Below, piece by piece: positions 1-12,460 of a DNA stretch of 64,000 bases (positions are counted from its first letter, which is position 1; every line of letters begins with the position of its first letter). The stretch comes from Somniosus microcephalus (Eukaryota), in contig CM126207.1 in the NCBI GenBank assembly GCA_052327205.1, positions 64,728,001-64,792,000 on the forward strand, read 5' to 3'. The notes below the pieces were generated by a model. It saw only the letters and a program-made list of their open reading frames with translations. It was not told where the DNA came from and made no database searches. Made by a program: the position numbers and the translations under genes.

Positions 1-128
1 TTTACGGAAGGTAGAAGGTGGGAGGCCATGGAATAGTCAAGTCTAGAGGTAACAAAGGCATGGATGAGGGTTTCAGCAGCAGATGAGCCGAGACAGGGGT
101 GGAGTCGGGTGATGTTACAGAGGTGGAA
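1..128 (-). mobile_element. L2 LINE fragment (3' part of ORF2), cut by the window edge
   Basis: Reverse complement (cacctctgtaacatcacc...ccctcatccatgcctttgttacctctagacttgactattcc) matches the L2 copy at ~8255-8390. Confidence 0.8.
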
Positions 129-749
129 ACACTCCGTTCTATAGCATGTAACTTATCTGGTTCTGGTTTTTTTTTATATCAGTTTGCAAATAAAAACAGT
201 AACATGCTGAACATCTGTAATTACCAAAATTATCTTCTATTCTTAGCTAAATGTTTAACATATTTAAAAGGAAAGGAAATAAAAAGCTGGTATCAGTAAA
301 ACAAAAGGAGACCATGAAGCTATACGGTTGTCATATTAAACCCAATTGGTTCACTATTGTCTGTTAGGGAAGAAAACCTACCACCCTTACCTGTTCTGGC
401 CTATAAAAGACTCCAATCCTACACCAAAGTAGTTGGGGGCTAAAGTGGATAGTCCATGAAACCGGGTGTGGGGATCGTGATGCGCGATTAACCTGTGCCC
501 GTTGTTTGAAATGCAGGCAGCACGACATCTTCGTGCTGCCTGCTTATTAGCATTATTTCTACATGCAGCCAGCACTAACTGCGCTGTTGATTGGCTGCAC
601 GCATCAGCAGGGGGGCCCAAAATTGTAACTTCCTAGCACTACTTAAAGCTAGCCCGCACTGCTTAAAGCTAACCTGCATCTCTTAAAGGGAAGGTGCATT
701 GTGGCTGGAGCAGGTGCTGGGAGTCATTGGGGAAGTGAATGTGACCTGG

Positions 750-1447
750 GAAATGGTGAAGAATAGCACAACATGGGAGAGAGCGGGCTCAAAGGTTTTC
801 CAACTTGGCACTGGGCATTGCGCATTGCTTGAAGCCCATCCTTTCCAGCATGGAAGTGGTGGCCAACTCCATGAGCACACTTGTCGACCCAACCACGATG
901 CAGTGTCTGATGGCCAATGTCTCAGCTTCCATTGTAGCACAAGCAGCTTCCACCAAAAGTCTGAGTGTTGCAGTGGAAGCTCAGACTGAAGTCATGCAAG
1001 CTCAGCTTGCTGCCATGTAAGCTCATACTGCCATCATGGCTGCGGGTACCAGTGTTCAAAGGGGCTTGCAGGGTGTCCTAGCAGTCCAGCAATCTGTCCT
1101 CCAACAGATTACTAGGATTGCAGAGGCACGAACCTGCTGTCCTCTCTCAGGATGACAGCATTCGTGCTTCCACCCCTGCCACTCCGCCAGTGCCTTTGCT
1201 GCTGCCTGTCAGCCAGTCAGCCCAGACTGCTGCCGCCCATGCAGATATGGTGCAGTCTGAAGCTGGGCCTTCTATACCCAGAGCTACTCGAGGTCGTCTT
1301 CTAATGCCATCTGCAGTCTCTTCCACTGAAAGTCAGCAGCCTTCCACCAGCCATGCTGTAGCCACTGGGGTAGCACTGCATAGGAGCAGTAAGATAGGCA
1401 AAGGCACACGGAAGACAGGCAATAAGGGAATGCACAAGCGTGATTAG
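750..1447 (+). pseudogene. Harbinger Myb-like partner gene remnant; Myb/SANT domain largely deleted
   Basis: Starts with HGRERAQRFSNLAL (compare RPRSASRFDDVAL at 42878), then jumps to the Ala/Ser/Gln-rich C-terminal region ending in a basic tail (KIGKGTRKTGNKGMHKRD). Stops are present. Confidence 0.6.
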
Positions 1448-1534
1448 TTTAATTGTGTATTGAATCTGGCATGATTTAATTTATAAATGTTGTTTACACT
1501 GTTTATTTTGTGGTGGCTTTTATTTTTGCATTGT

Positions 1535-2585
1535 GGCCCTTCCTATGCCTCTTTCTCCTCCTCCTTATGCTCCTGCTCCTCAGCTGCTTGCCTGATAACT
1601 GGTGGCAAGGGCTGTTCCCTCATAATGGCGATGTTACAGCATGCCGCAGACCACCACAAATCCTGAGGCCTGCTCAGCCGAGTACTGCAGGGCTCCTCCA
1701 GAGCGGTCCAGGCAGCAGAATCATTGTTTCACCATGCCAATGGTCTGCTCTAATACATTTCTTGTGGCAGCATGGCTCTAATTGTATGCATGCTGCCACA
1801 TGTGCGCGGGCTGCGAACTGAGTCATGAGCCATGTCATCAGCACATAGCCCTTGTTGCCCAGTAGCCACCCTTTGGTTTGCTGTGGTGGCTGAAAAACAG
1901 CTGGCACAGTGGACTGCCGCAGAATGAAGGCATCATGACTGCTGCCAGGATACCGGACATTGATCTGCATAATTCGCTGCCTATGTTTGCACACCAGCTG
2001 GACGTTGAGGGAGTGGAATCCCTTTCGGTTCCGGTATATGGCAGAATTGACATGTGATTTGCGTCTAGTCAATGGCACCCTGGACCATGGGGAAGCCTGC
2101 AATCCTAGCAAACCCTCGTGCTCGCTCCGCCTGCTGGTCTCTGGCAAGAGAGAATGAAATGTAGTTAGCTCTCTTTGAATAGAAAGCCTCAGTGACCTCC
2201 CTTATGCAACAGTGGATGGCAAACTGCGAGATGTTGCAAATATCTCCAGCTCCAGCGTGGAAGGAGCCATATGCAGAAGTTTCATCTCCATGGTCACCTT
2301 CACAGCCACTGGCGATGCAGTCCTTGCCCTGCTCTGAGGTTGGAGTTGTGGCTGCAACAGTTGATAGATTTTAGTGAGGGCGTCCTTATTGAAGCGCAGA
2401 TGTCTCACACATTGTTACTCGCTGAGGAATTGCTCCCTGACACCGAGTGGACATGGTCTCCTGTTGAGAGCTCTTTTCCCCCTACTTCTCCTCCCTCTTC
2501 CAGCATCTTGTCCTGCTCTGCGTGGCCTCAGCTCATTCTGCCATACATGCTCTATTCCAAGGGGAAAGCCTACTAGTGCACCCAT
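1535..2585 (-). pseudogene. Harbinger (HARBI1-like) DDE transposase pseudogene
   Basis: Motifs RHLRFNK, PVAVKVT, RNRKGFHSLNVQLVC, RYPGSSHDAFILRQS and GWLLGNKGY are spread over frameshifted ORFs 2415-2597, 2202-2408 and 1674-2147. Confidence 0.9.
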
Positions 2586-3395
2586 GTCTGGGAGCAACTG
2601 GTTTGTGCAGAAGCCTTGTAGTCAGCAAAAGTCCTTCAGCACCTACCACACCACTCCCTGTAGACTTTTGCAACTAGAAACAACTAAGGAAAACGCCAAA
2701 CACTTGTAAAATTGAAGCAACAGCCAGAAGAAATAAAACAGCAACTAACCTGTAAGTAGTTGATGATCCCTTTAAATAACATTAGTGAGAGGTTCTTCAT
2801 GCTGCTTAACGCATGTTCAGCTGTGCAAGTTTAAGAGAGGGCGTTGGCTGGAGCGTGGAGCTCCAAAATGGCAACGCTGGCATCATATCAGCATTGCATG
2901 CTGATTGATGTCATGATCTGTCTCCTCTGCATACTTCTGGTGTTTGGCGCGATTCACAGCAGAAGTATGCATATGTACAGCGGAAGCCATTTTGGTCCCA
3001 GAACGGCACCCATAGCGCCCAAGCAACGGGCACTACTGAGCTAAATTTTGCGCCCGTTGACTCTTAACTGCCCTCTGAAGAGGCCTAGCAAGCCACTCAG
3101 TTCAAGGAAACTAGGGATGGGTAATAAATGCCAGCCTTGCCAGCGATGGCCACATCCCTCGAATGAATAAATGACAGGTTTTTCAAAACAAAAATAAAAT
3201 AAAACAAATCCACATAACTCCTCATACTGTCTTTCACAGTATTATCCCTTATTATATCAATTGTACCAAGGGTCAACTTCTGTGTACAATAACTGTGGAT
3301 AAGCTGAAAGAGGATTTATAATTCCAGTTATTTTTGCTTTGTACCCATCTGAGTAAGACTGCAAGTATCAGCAACTGGAAGTATTTCAGCCAGTA

Positions 3396-3735
3396 GAGAA
3401 AGAACGTGCATTTATATAGTGCCTTTCACAGCTCCCGGATATCCCAAAGTGCTCCACAACCAATTAATTACTTAAAAACTGTAGTTATATATGTTATGTA
3501 GGCAAATGCAACAACCGGATCCCAAAAAGAGTAATGAGATAAACATATATTTTGTTGTGGTTTTAGCTGAGTGAGTACATCCTCCCTCTTCTTCAATTAA
3601 TGCCATGGGATCTTTTACAGCTACAGGTAGTAGAAGCCTCAGTTAATGTCTCATTTGAAGGATGGCACCTCTGACATGTGGCACTCCCTCAGTACTGCAC
3701 TGAAAAATCAGGGTGGATTGGGTGCTCAAGTCCTA
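3396..3735 (-). mobile_element. SacSINE1/DeuSINE-like SINE, degraded
   Basis: Reverse complement contains cagtgcagtactgagggagtgc, aagatcccatggca and an L2-type tail (gtgaaaggcactatataaatgca), like the copy at 35890-40615. Confidence 0.7.
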
Positions 3736-4589
3736 CTTTGAATATTAGAGTCCAATCATTAACCCGTCTTCATGTTGTGCCTAGTATGTACCTTCTGTTG
3801 CAATGATTGCATCTAAAACTTATGTAATCATAAAATTAAATTTTATCATGTAAAAATAAAAAAACATATACCTGTATATATATATAAAGAATTCAGATTT
3901 TGGTTTGCTTTTATAGTGGAGGAAGTGTTGTCAATGATGGCGTAGGAATGAATAAACATTTCCTTGGGCCAACCACACAATTTGGAAAAATGTAGTTTGC
4001 TTACATTGGAGCATTTCCTGTTTTTAATTTGTTATCCTTTAGAAATCACTGATTATTTTCCCGAAATAGGAAGGAAGGAATACTCAGTTAGGAGCCAGCA
4101 CAGAGACTGAAGCTGATTTATTATTCCTCTGAATTTATAACCAACGAACAATGTTTGTGAAAGTATAGGAATTATTCCATGTGGCTGCTTTTTAAAAGTC
4201 CTCTAAATAAACATGTGAATCTATAAGAATTCTGAGATTCAGCAATCATGAGCAGTCCATATTTGGTGGCAGGGTCATCATTAAGATTCGTGCTGCCATT
4301 TCCCCTGGGGTTCTGACAGCTTAATGGGAAGGATGAAAGTTGTTTTGAATTAATCAGAGCAATTTGTTCCTTTGGTAAAACAACTGTTGAAGAGCATTTC
4401 AACCTTGGCCACGTGTTAGCACCCTTGCAGATTGATGGATTTAGTAGGGGCCTGGAAGCAGGTTACCTGCTCACCTTTTTGGCTGGGAAATAATGTCTGG
4501 CATGGGAGACAATGAGGAGGTGGGAAAAGAATATGTTTAGTAAAAGTTCATAGTTTGGAGATTTATTACATTCACTATATATCTCCAAC

Positions 4590-4945
4590 AAGCAAAGGAC
4601 CAACTGTCTCCTTCTGACCTTCACCAGCACCACCATCACTGAGACTCCCATCACCAACATCCTGGCATCACCACTGACCAGAATATCAACAATGTGGCTA
4701 CAAGAGTAGGGCAGAGACTGGGTACCCTGTGACGAGTACTCTTAACTGTTTAAAACCTCTCCACTATGTACAAGGCTCAAGTCAGGGTATGATGGGCTCA
4801 CCAAATTCTTGGATGGATGGAGCTGCAATAACACTCAAGAAGCTTGATACCATCAAGCATAGGGCAATCTGCTTGATCGGTGTTCCTGCCACTGGGCTCA
4901 ATAGCCATTCCCTCTATCAACATTGCACTGCAGATAGCAACAGTA
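4590..4945 (+). mobile_element. Old fragment of the same CR1-group LINE family as 9511-14139
   Basis: TLKKLDTIK...AICLIG here versus TLKKLDTIQDKATYLIG in ORF 9731-10090; ggctacaagagtagggcagagactggg corresponds to ATRAGQRLG. Confidence 0.7.
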
Positions 4946-5359
4946 GATGTGCCTGTGGCAATCCTGCTGAAATTTCCTGGCCGCCTCTTCATGAACAAAA
5001 TCTCTGCCCTGACCCCAGCTCTGGCAGCAACACACGAGATACGCCCAGTGCAAGGGCAGAATTTCAGACTCATTTGCCCTGATAATAACTCCAAGGCATC
5101 TTCAGAGCAGGGGGGATGCAATATCAGGAGCAAAACCCGGAAAAAGTTGCGGCGTGTCGGTATGTGCAATTTCAACTAAGCCACCTCATTATACCATCTA
5201 CACCATCCTTATTACTTCTGTGTTTGGCGTCCAATGCACAACAGCGGGCATGGTGCGGATCTGCCTGACATGATCTCAACTGGGGTATTTATAGGGCCAA
5301 TCCAAGGATGGAATTTGGCGGATTTAGGAGTTGCAGCAAAATGAGGGAGAAGTGCTGTA

Positions 5360-7145
5360 ATGGATTCAGAATGGTCACGGGCTGCCCCAAGGTTTAATGA
5401 CGCATCCCTTGATGCACTGATGGGTGCAATGAGGAGCCAGAGGTACTCTTCCCCAGCAACGGGAGGAAGAAGCCTACTGTGGCAACAAAGAAGATGTGGC
5501 TGGAGGTGGCTGAAGTGGTCAGGAGCAGGAGCATAGTGGCATGCTCCTGGATTCAGTGCAGGAAGCGCTTTAATGACGTAACCAGGTCAGGAAAGGTGAG
5601 TACAGTTGCACATTCACCTACATCCTGCTGTGCACATCACCCCCATCCCCCTCACTCTGCCTTGTCAAGCCTAATCCATCATATAAATCCTCACACCCAC
5701 TTACCTTGCAAATGCACCCATCGTTCTCTTTCTATGCACTTCCTCACATCCCCATCAATCCACCCACCACTGCCACTCATCCTGATCCTTATGCAATTTG
5801 ATGCCTCTCCCTGATACTCGCCCTCACCAAATGCATTGGATCCATCGGGTGAACACATGCCATTACAGTCATTCATATGTCTGTTCTTTTCCCTGTTGCA
5901 GGAGAAGAGAGCACAGAATGCTAGGGAGAGGGAGAGGTCCTCCAAAAATTTCCCAGTTGACAGCTGCAGAGGAGGAAGCGATAGAGATCAGTGGCGTTTC
6001 AGCACCCTTGACCACCAGAGATTGAGATATTGGGACCTCGCAGCTACCTGGCGACAGAATTAAATATCAACGATCCATATATCATACAACACTCAGTCAT
6101 GTTGACTTGATTTCAGCAGCGAGTGAAATATGATCATCTTCATAATGCTAAGTTGCAACATTCTTAGCTTGCCAGTATTAATTCATATCTTTTCTCTCTG
6201 CCAGGGCCTTCATACATACAGCAGCAGTCGGTGGACCTCCCAGATGACGAATCCTCAGAGCAGCTGACTCCTTCTGAGGGTGCACTGTCACATGACTCGT
6301 GCTTACCATGCACCAGCACAGATGCTCACACTTTGGTGGGTCCAGTTAGGCAGTTAGTTGGGTTTTCACGCGGTGACTCATGGTTCACAAGTGAGCACGA
6401 ACAGACAGTGGTGGCAGGGTCAGCTGTGGATAGTCTGCGCTGGAGGGCGCAGCCCTCTCCAATCTCTGCTCAGCTGGACACAGATGAAAAGGATTATCAT
6501 TAAGGGGCAGCAGAAAATCTGCAATGTACTAGCAGGTCTTCCATGCACACTGACCACGATTGCAGAAAATGGAGGCGTCCTGCTCAAGCATGAGCAGGTT
6601 GATGTTGCAGGGCATTGCGAGGTTGTCTTCTTCCATTGATAGACTGGCCAACTCTGTGGAACATCAATCACGGTAATCAAATGAGTCCATGCAGGCCTTG
6701 ACCATGGCCATGCAAACTCTGGATACCAACATGTCTGGTGCCTTAAATGGGATGACAGACACCTTAGCCTTGGCTTTGGCATCACTGATCAACACCAAGC
6801 TGCTCTCCAGCAAAGTGGTATTGAAGTATGGCTGGCCCATGAGAGGGACGATGGCGAAAGGAGACATGGAAGTGGGGACTCCACTCAAAGCGCTCCCACT
6901 TCTCACCCATTGCCACCCGCTCAGCCAGCACCCGATATGTTACCGCCTTTCCCGATGGCTGAGTTTGCCCCTGCACAGGTACATGTGGAGCAGTCTTTGG
7001 CGGAGCCCTCACGGGCTCCAACACCTAGAGGTCATCAGCCAAGAGCATCTCAACAGTCAGAGCAGGGATCTGAGCAGCCTGCCTCTACCTCTGCTTAAGC
7101 CACAGGGGTTGCACCATGTAGGAGTGGTAGAAAAAGGAAAGCTTT
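5360..7145 (+). pseudogene. Three-exon Harbinger Myb/SANT-like (NAIF1/MYPOP-like) gene, disrupted
   Basis: Exon 1 5360-5595 (RAAPRFNDASLDAL...WLEVAEVV...WIQCRKRFND; donor AAG|gtgagt). Exon 2 5902-6050 (EKRAQNARERER). Exon 3 from 6205. Frameshifts are present. Confidence 0.8.
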
Positions 7146-7600
7146 GTTGTTCAACAAAAGGGTACACACATAGACCAAATGTTATGTTGTTAAGTTTCTG
7201 TTGTTTAGTAGAATCACATAAATGTTATTGTTTGTGTCACTTTTCAGTGTTGCCCATTCTTAGTTGCTGAGTAGCAAGTCGCCTTTTTAGTTGCTTGTTG
7301 ATAAATGGGAAGACATGAATTGACGGGGACCAATGAGGGGATGTGCAACGATGGATAGTTGGTTGCAGGACTGCTTTGTGTTAGTGGGATTGGATGTGAT
7401 TGTTACATCGGTCCAGTGGTAGTAACAAACTGAATCTTACAGCTATAAGGGAATCCCTGGCATCCTGGCAGCAATGTGAGCAGCTGGTGCTGCGTTGTGG
7501 GCACCATCTTCATCCTCTGCCTCATCCTCTTTCTCCTCTTCGTGGAATCGTCCACAAAGTACTCTGAGTGCCTTGTTCTTCTTGCTGCTCTACTCCTTTA

Positions 7601-8053
7601 GGGGAAAAATCCAGTGATGCCCCCTTTGGGGCGCTAACGTCACCAGGGCACTAATTTTAGTGTCCTGAAAAATTCAGCGCCGTAAATTCAGTAGTAGCGC
7701 CCCAAGCAGGAGGCGGGGCGCTACTGGAAGCACTCCCCCTCCTTCTTGGGGCGCTACCAGTGAATTTTGCGGTGCTACATGCAACAGCGCCACGCAATTG
7801 CAGGCCTCCCTCCCCTGATTAAGCTGGACCACCGGGGAGCAGGGTGCCATGAAAACAGCCTGGCACTCAAGAGGAGTGCTGAGCTGAGCGATCACAGCTG
7901 GCACCCGGAAGAAAAAAGGCGAAGGGGGCAGGTGCTGGCAGTCGGCCAATAAAAAAGGCCGCCCGACAACTGCCCTTTAAATAGCGCCGCTGTGGCTGCA
8001 AAAACGCCACCCTAACCCTGACGAGAGGCGCAAATCAACCCAACTTTTCCCCC
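7601..8053. mobile_element. GC-rich Harbinger-type MITE
   Basis: Ends ggggaaaaat...aacttttccccc, flanks TTA/TTG, repeated ggggcgcta/agcgcc motifs; sits inside the transposase remnant. Confidence 0.7.
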
Positions 8054-8073
8054 TTGTCTCCTAGCAGCCACCC

Positions 8074-8905
8074 AAAGACCGAAGCCATCGTTTTTGGTCC
8101 CCACCACAAACTCCGTTCCCTAGCCACTGACTCCATCCCTCTCCCTAACATCTGTCTGAGGCTGAACCACACTGTTTGCAACCTTGGCGTCATATTTGAC
8201 CTTGAAATGAGCTTTCAACCACGTATCCGTGGCATAACTAAGACCACCTATTTGCACCTCCGTAACATCGCCCCGTCTCTGCCCCTGCCTCAGCTCATCC
8301 GCTGTTGAATCCCTCATCCATGCCTTTGTTACGTTTAGACTTGACTATTCCAATGCACTCCTGGCTGGCCTCCCACATTCTACCCTACGTACACTTAAGG
8401 ATATCCAAAACTCAGCTGCCCGTGTCCTAACTCGCACCAAATCCCGTTCACCCATCACCCCTGTGCTCACTGACCTACATTGGCTCCTGGATTTCAAAAT
8501 TCTCATCCTTGTTTTCAAATCCCTCCATGGCCTTGCCCCTCCCTATCTCTGTAATCTCCTTCAGCCCCACAACACCGCCCCCCCAGAGATATCTGCGATC
8601 CTCTAATTCTGCCCTCTTGAGCGTCCCTGATTATAATCGCTCAACCATTGGTGGCCGTGCCTTCTGTTGCCTAGGCCCTAAGCTTTGGAATTCCCTGCCT
8701 AAACCTCTCTGCCTCGCTACCTCTCTTTCCTCCTTTAAGACGCTCCTTAAAACCTACCTCTTTGACCAAGCTTTTGGTCACCTGCCCTAATTTCTCCTTA
8801 TGTGGCTCGGTGTCAAATTTTTGTCTTTTAATACTCCTGTGAAGTGCCTTGGAACGTTTTATTACGTTAAAGGCTCTATATAAATACAAGTTGTTGTTGT
8901 TGTTG
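8074..8905 (+). mobile_element. L2 LINE 3' fragment
   Basis: KTEAIVFGP, NLGVIFD, GGRAFCCLGPKLWNSLP and FKTLLKTYLF motifs; ends in ctatataaatacaa(gtt)n. Confidence 0.9.
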
Positions 8906-10033
8906 CTTGCAGGTCCAAAGAGGTTGGGGAGCTTGGACTGCCGCAGGGTGGCAGCTTCATGGATGCTCCCCGGGAATCTATCACACAACTGCATAAACCT
9001 TTTCTTGTGGTTGCACACCAGCTACACATTGACCGAATGGAATCCCTTGCAGTTGACAAATATTCTTGGTTGATCTAGTGGTGCGCGGATTGCCACATAT
9101 GTGTTGTGGCTGACGCCCTGCACCTGTGGGAAGCCAGCCAGAGATGCAAACCCGGGCACCGGCTCATTTTGACTAGTGTCATCACAGGTGAAATTGACAT
9201 AATTGCCGGATATGGCAGACAATCTATCAGCCAACAGCCTTATGCATTTATGTGCAGCCGACTGGGAGATCCTGGATATGTCTCTGGTAGCGCCCTGGGA
9301 GGACTGGAGGCAAAAAAGCCGATGACTCACTTTCACAGCCACTGGTAATACGTGACCACCAGGTCCAGCAGGGAGCAGGTCTTCTTCTCGGAGGCTGCAG
9401 ATGTCTGCCACCACCAAACATGATAATCTCAACCTCCGGAAGCACTGCTCTTCCGAGAGGTCAAGAACGCTAATCCTCTGCCTGTACACCCTGTTACGTG
9501 GGTAGTGTCTTTTTTTTAATTAGTTCATGGGATGTGGGCATTGCTGGCAAGGCCAGCATTTATTGCCCATCCCTAATTGCCCTTGAGAAGGCGGTGGTGA
9601 GCTGCCTTCTTGAACTGCTGCAGTCCGTGTGGTGAAGGTACTCCCACAGTGCTGTTAGGGAGTTCCAGGACTTTGACCCAGTGACAATGAAGGAACAGTG
9701 ATATACTTCCAAGTCAGGATGGTGTGTGACTTAGAGGGGAATTTGGAGGTGGTGTTCCCATGCGCCTGCTGCCCTTGTCCTTCTAGGTTGAAGAGGTCGC
9801 GGGTTTGGGAGGTGTTGCCGAAGAAGGCTTGGCGAGTTGCTGTAGTGCATCTTGTAGATGGTACACACTGCAGCCACGGTATGCTGCTGGTGGACGGAGT
9901 GAATGTTTAAGGTGGTGGATGGGGTGCCAATCAAGTAGGTTGCTTTGTCCTGGATGGTGTCGAGCTTCTTGAGTGTTGTAGGAGCTGCACTCATCCAGGC
10001 AAGTGCAGAGCATTCCATCACACTCCTTACTTG

Positions 10034-12460
10034 GAGTGTGTACGGGATGGTTTCCTGGACCAATATGTTGAAGAACCAACTAGAGATCAAGCCATCTTAG
10101 ACTGGGTATTATGTAATGAGAAATGATTAATTAGCAATCTTGTTGTGCGAGGCCCCTTGGGTCGGAGCGATCATAATATGATAGAATTCTTCATTAAGAT
10201 GGAGAGTGAAGTAGTTGACTCAGAGACTAGGGTCCTGAATTTAAATAAAGGAAACTATGATGGTATGAGGTGCGAGTTGGTAGGATTGATTGGGGAATGT
10301 TACTCAAAGGGTTGAAGGTGGATAGGCAATGGCAAACATTCAAAGATCGCATGGATGAACTACAGAATTTGTTCATCCCAGTTTGGCATAAAAATAAAAC
10401 AAAAAAGGTGACTCAACCGTGGCTAACAAGGGAAATTAGGGATAGCATAAGATCCAAGGAGAGGACATATAAATTGACCAGAAAAAGCAGTAAACCTGAG
10501 GATTGGGAGCAGTTTAGGATTCAACAAAAGAGGACAAAGGGTTTAATTAAAAGGGGAAAATAGAGTATGAGAGTAAGCTTGCAGAGAACATAAAAACTGA
10601 CTGTGAAAGCTTTTATAGATATGTGAAGAGAACAAGATTGGTGAGGTCAAGGGTAGGTCCCTTGTAGTCAGATTCAGGGGAATTTATAATGGGGAACAAA
10701 GAAATGGCTGACCAATTAAATACATACTTTGGTTCTGTCTTCACAAAGGAGGGCACAAATAACCTCCCAGAGATGTCGGGGAAAATAGGGTCTAATGAAA
10801 GGGAGGCACTGATAGAAATCAGTATTTCTAGGGAAATGGTGTTAGAGAAATTGACGGGATTGAAGGCCGATAAATCCCCAGGGCCTGATAATCTACATCC
10901 TAGGGTACTTAAGGAAGTGGCCCTAGAAATAGTAGATGCATTGCTGGTCATCTTCCAAAATTCGATAGACTCTGGAACAGTACCCATGGATTGGCGGGTA
11001 GCTAATATTACCCCACTGTTCAAAAAAGGAGGTAGAGAGAAAACGGGGAATTACAGACCGGTAAGCCTGACATCGGTAGTGGGGAAAATGCTAGAGTCCA
11101 TTATAAAAGGTGTAATAGCAGAGCACTTGGAGAACAATGACCGGATAGGACAAAGTCAACATGGATTTACAAAAGGTAAATCGTGCTTGACTAATCTACT
11201 GGAATATTTTGAGGATGTAACTGGTAAAATAGATATGGGAGAACCAGTGGATGTGGTGTATTTAGACTTTCAAAAGGCTTTCGATAAGGTCCTACATAAG
11301 AGATTAGCGTGTAAAGTTAAGGCACATGGGATTGGGGGCAAGGTATTGGCTTGGATAGAGAACTGGTTGGCAGACGGAAAGCAAAGAATTGGAATAAACG
11401 GGTCTTTTTCCGAGTGGCAGGCAGTGACTAGTGGGGTACCGCAGGGATCGGTCCTTGGACCCCAGCTATTCACAATATATATTAATGATCTGGACAAGGG
11501 AACTAGATGTTATATCTCCAAGTTTGCAGACGACCCAAAGCTGGGTGGGCGTGTGTGCTGTGAGGAGGATGCCGAGAAACTCCAGTATGATTTGGACAGG
11601 TTGGGTGATTGGGCAGAAGCATGGCAGATGCAATATAACGTGGATAAATGCGAGGTTATCCACTTTGGTGTCAAAAACAAGAAGGCAGATTATTATCTGA
11701 ATGGCAATAGATTGGGAGAAGGGGAAGTGCAACGAGACCTGGGCGTCCTTGTGCACCAGTCGCTGAAGGAAAGCATGCAGGTGCAGCAGGCGGTTAAGAA
11801 GGCAAATGGTATGTTGGCCTTCGTAGCGAGAGGGTTTGAGTACAGGAACAAGGATGTCTTGCTGCAGTTGTACAGGGCCTTGGTGAGACCACATCTTGAG
11901 TATTGTGTGCAGTTTTGGTCGCCTTATCTGAGGAAGGATGTTCTTGCCATGGAAGGAGTGCAGCGAAGATTCACCAGGCTGATACCTGGGATGGCAGGAA
12001 TGACGAATGAGGAGAGATTGGGTCGATTGGGCTTATATTCGCTGGAGTTTAGAAGAATGAGAGGGGATCTCATTGAAACTTATAAAATTCTAACAGGACT
12101 AGACAGACTAGATGCAGGAAGAATGTTCCCGATGGTCGGGGAGTCCAGAACTAGGGGTCACAGTCTAAGGATAAGGGGTAAGTCATTTAGGACAGAGATG
12201 AGGAGGAATTTCTTCACCCAGAGAGTGGTGAACCTGTGGAATTCTCTACCACTGAAGGTAGTAGAGGCCAATTCATTAAATATATTCAAGAAGGAGTGGG
12301 ATATATTTCTTAAGGCTAAAGGGATCAAGGGATATGGGGAGAAAGCAGGGACAGGGTACTGAATTTGGATGATGAGCCATGATCGCATTGAATGGCGGAG
12401 CAGGCTCGAGGGGCCGAATGGCCTACTCCTGCTCCTATCTTCTATGTTTCTACGTTTCTA
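10034..12460 (+). mobile_element. CR1 LINE, 5'-truncated, young
   Basis: 7-bp TSD TTACTTG (10027-10033, 12461-12467); 3' hairpin/tail ggccgaatggcctactcctgctcct followed by (tctatgtt)-like repeats. Confidence 0.95.
10689..12362 (+). CDS. CR1 ORF2 reverse transcriptase region, 557 aa open; endonuclease part truncated and disrupted upstream
   Basis: NYRPVSLTS, YLDFQKAFD, GVPQGSVLGP, FADD and RPHLEYCVQFWSP motifs. Confidence 0.9.
   Translation: MGNKEMADQLNTYFGSVFTKEGTNNLPEMSGKIGSNEREALIEISISREMVLEKLTGLKADKSPGPDNLHPRVLKEVALEIVDALLVIFQNSIDSGTVPMDWRVANITPLFKKGGREKTGNYRPVSLTSVVGKMLESIIKGVIAEHLENNDRIGQSQHGFTKGKSCLTNLLEYFEDVTGKIDMGEPVDVVYLDFQKAFDKVLHKRLACKVKAHGIGGKVLAWIENWLADGKQRIGINGSFSEWQAVTSGVPQGSVLGPQLFTIYINDLDKGTRCYISKFADDPKLGGRVCCEEDAEKLQYDLDRLGDWAEAWQMQYNVDKCEVIHFGVKNKKADYYLNGNRLGEGEVQRDLGVLVHQSLKESMQVQQAVKKANGMLAFVARGFEYRNKDVLLQLYRALVRPHLEYCVQFWSPYLRKDVLAMEGVQRRFTRLIPGMAGMTNEERLGRLGLYSLEFRRMRGDLIETYKILTGLDRLDAGRMFPMVGESRTRGHSLRIRGKSFRTEMRRNFFTQRVVNLWNSLPLKVVEANSLNIFKKEWDIFLKAKGIKGYGEKAGTGY

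Larger units (their letters stand above)
436..3056. mobile_element. PIF/Harbinger DNA transposon, decayed (element A)
   Basis: Ends ggggctaaag...aattttgcgcccg with TTG on both sides (433-435, 3057-3059). Carries a convergent Myb-partner remnant (+) and transposase (-). Confidence 0.85.
265..3172 (+). mobile_element. 5'-truncated SINE split by a Harbinger insertion (SINE parts ~265-435 and 3057-3172)
   Basis: The halves rejoin as ...agtagttg|actcttaactgccctctgaag... The 3' tail (agggatgggtaataaatgccagccttgccagc...cacatccc...gaataaa) matches the tail of the LINE at 9511-9590 (minus strand). Confidence 0.7.

Noticed and set aside
1535-2585. Host HARBI1 gene
   Set aside because: Frameshifted, lies within TIRs and TSD, and has several paralogues in the window.
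10613-12388. Antisense ORFs over CR1 copies (also at 20768-21794, 51008-51557, 60487-62002)
   Set aside because: Recurrent shadow ORFs of RT codon usage, with no independent support.
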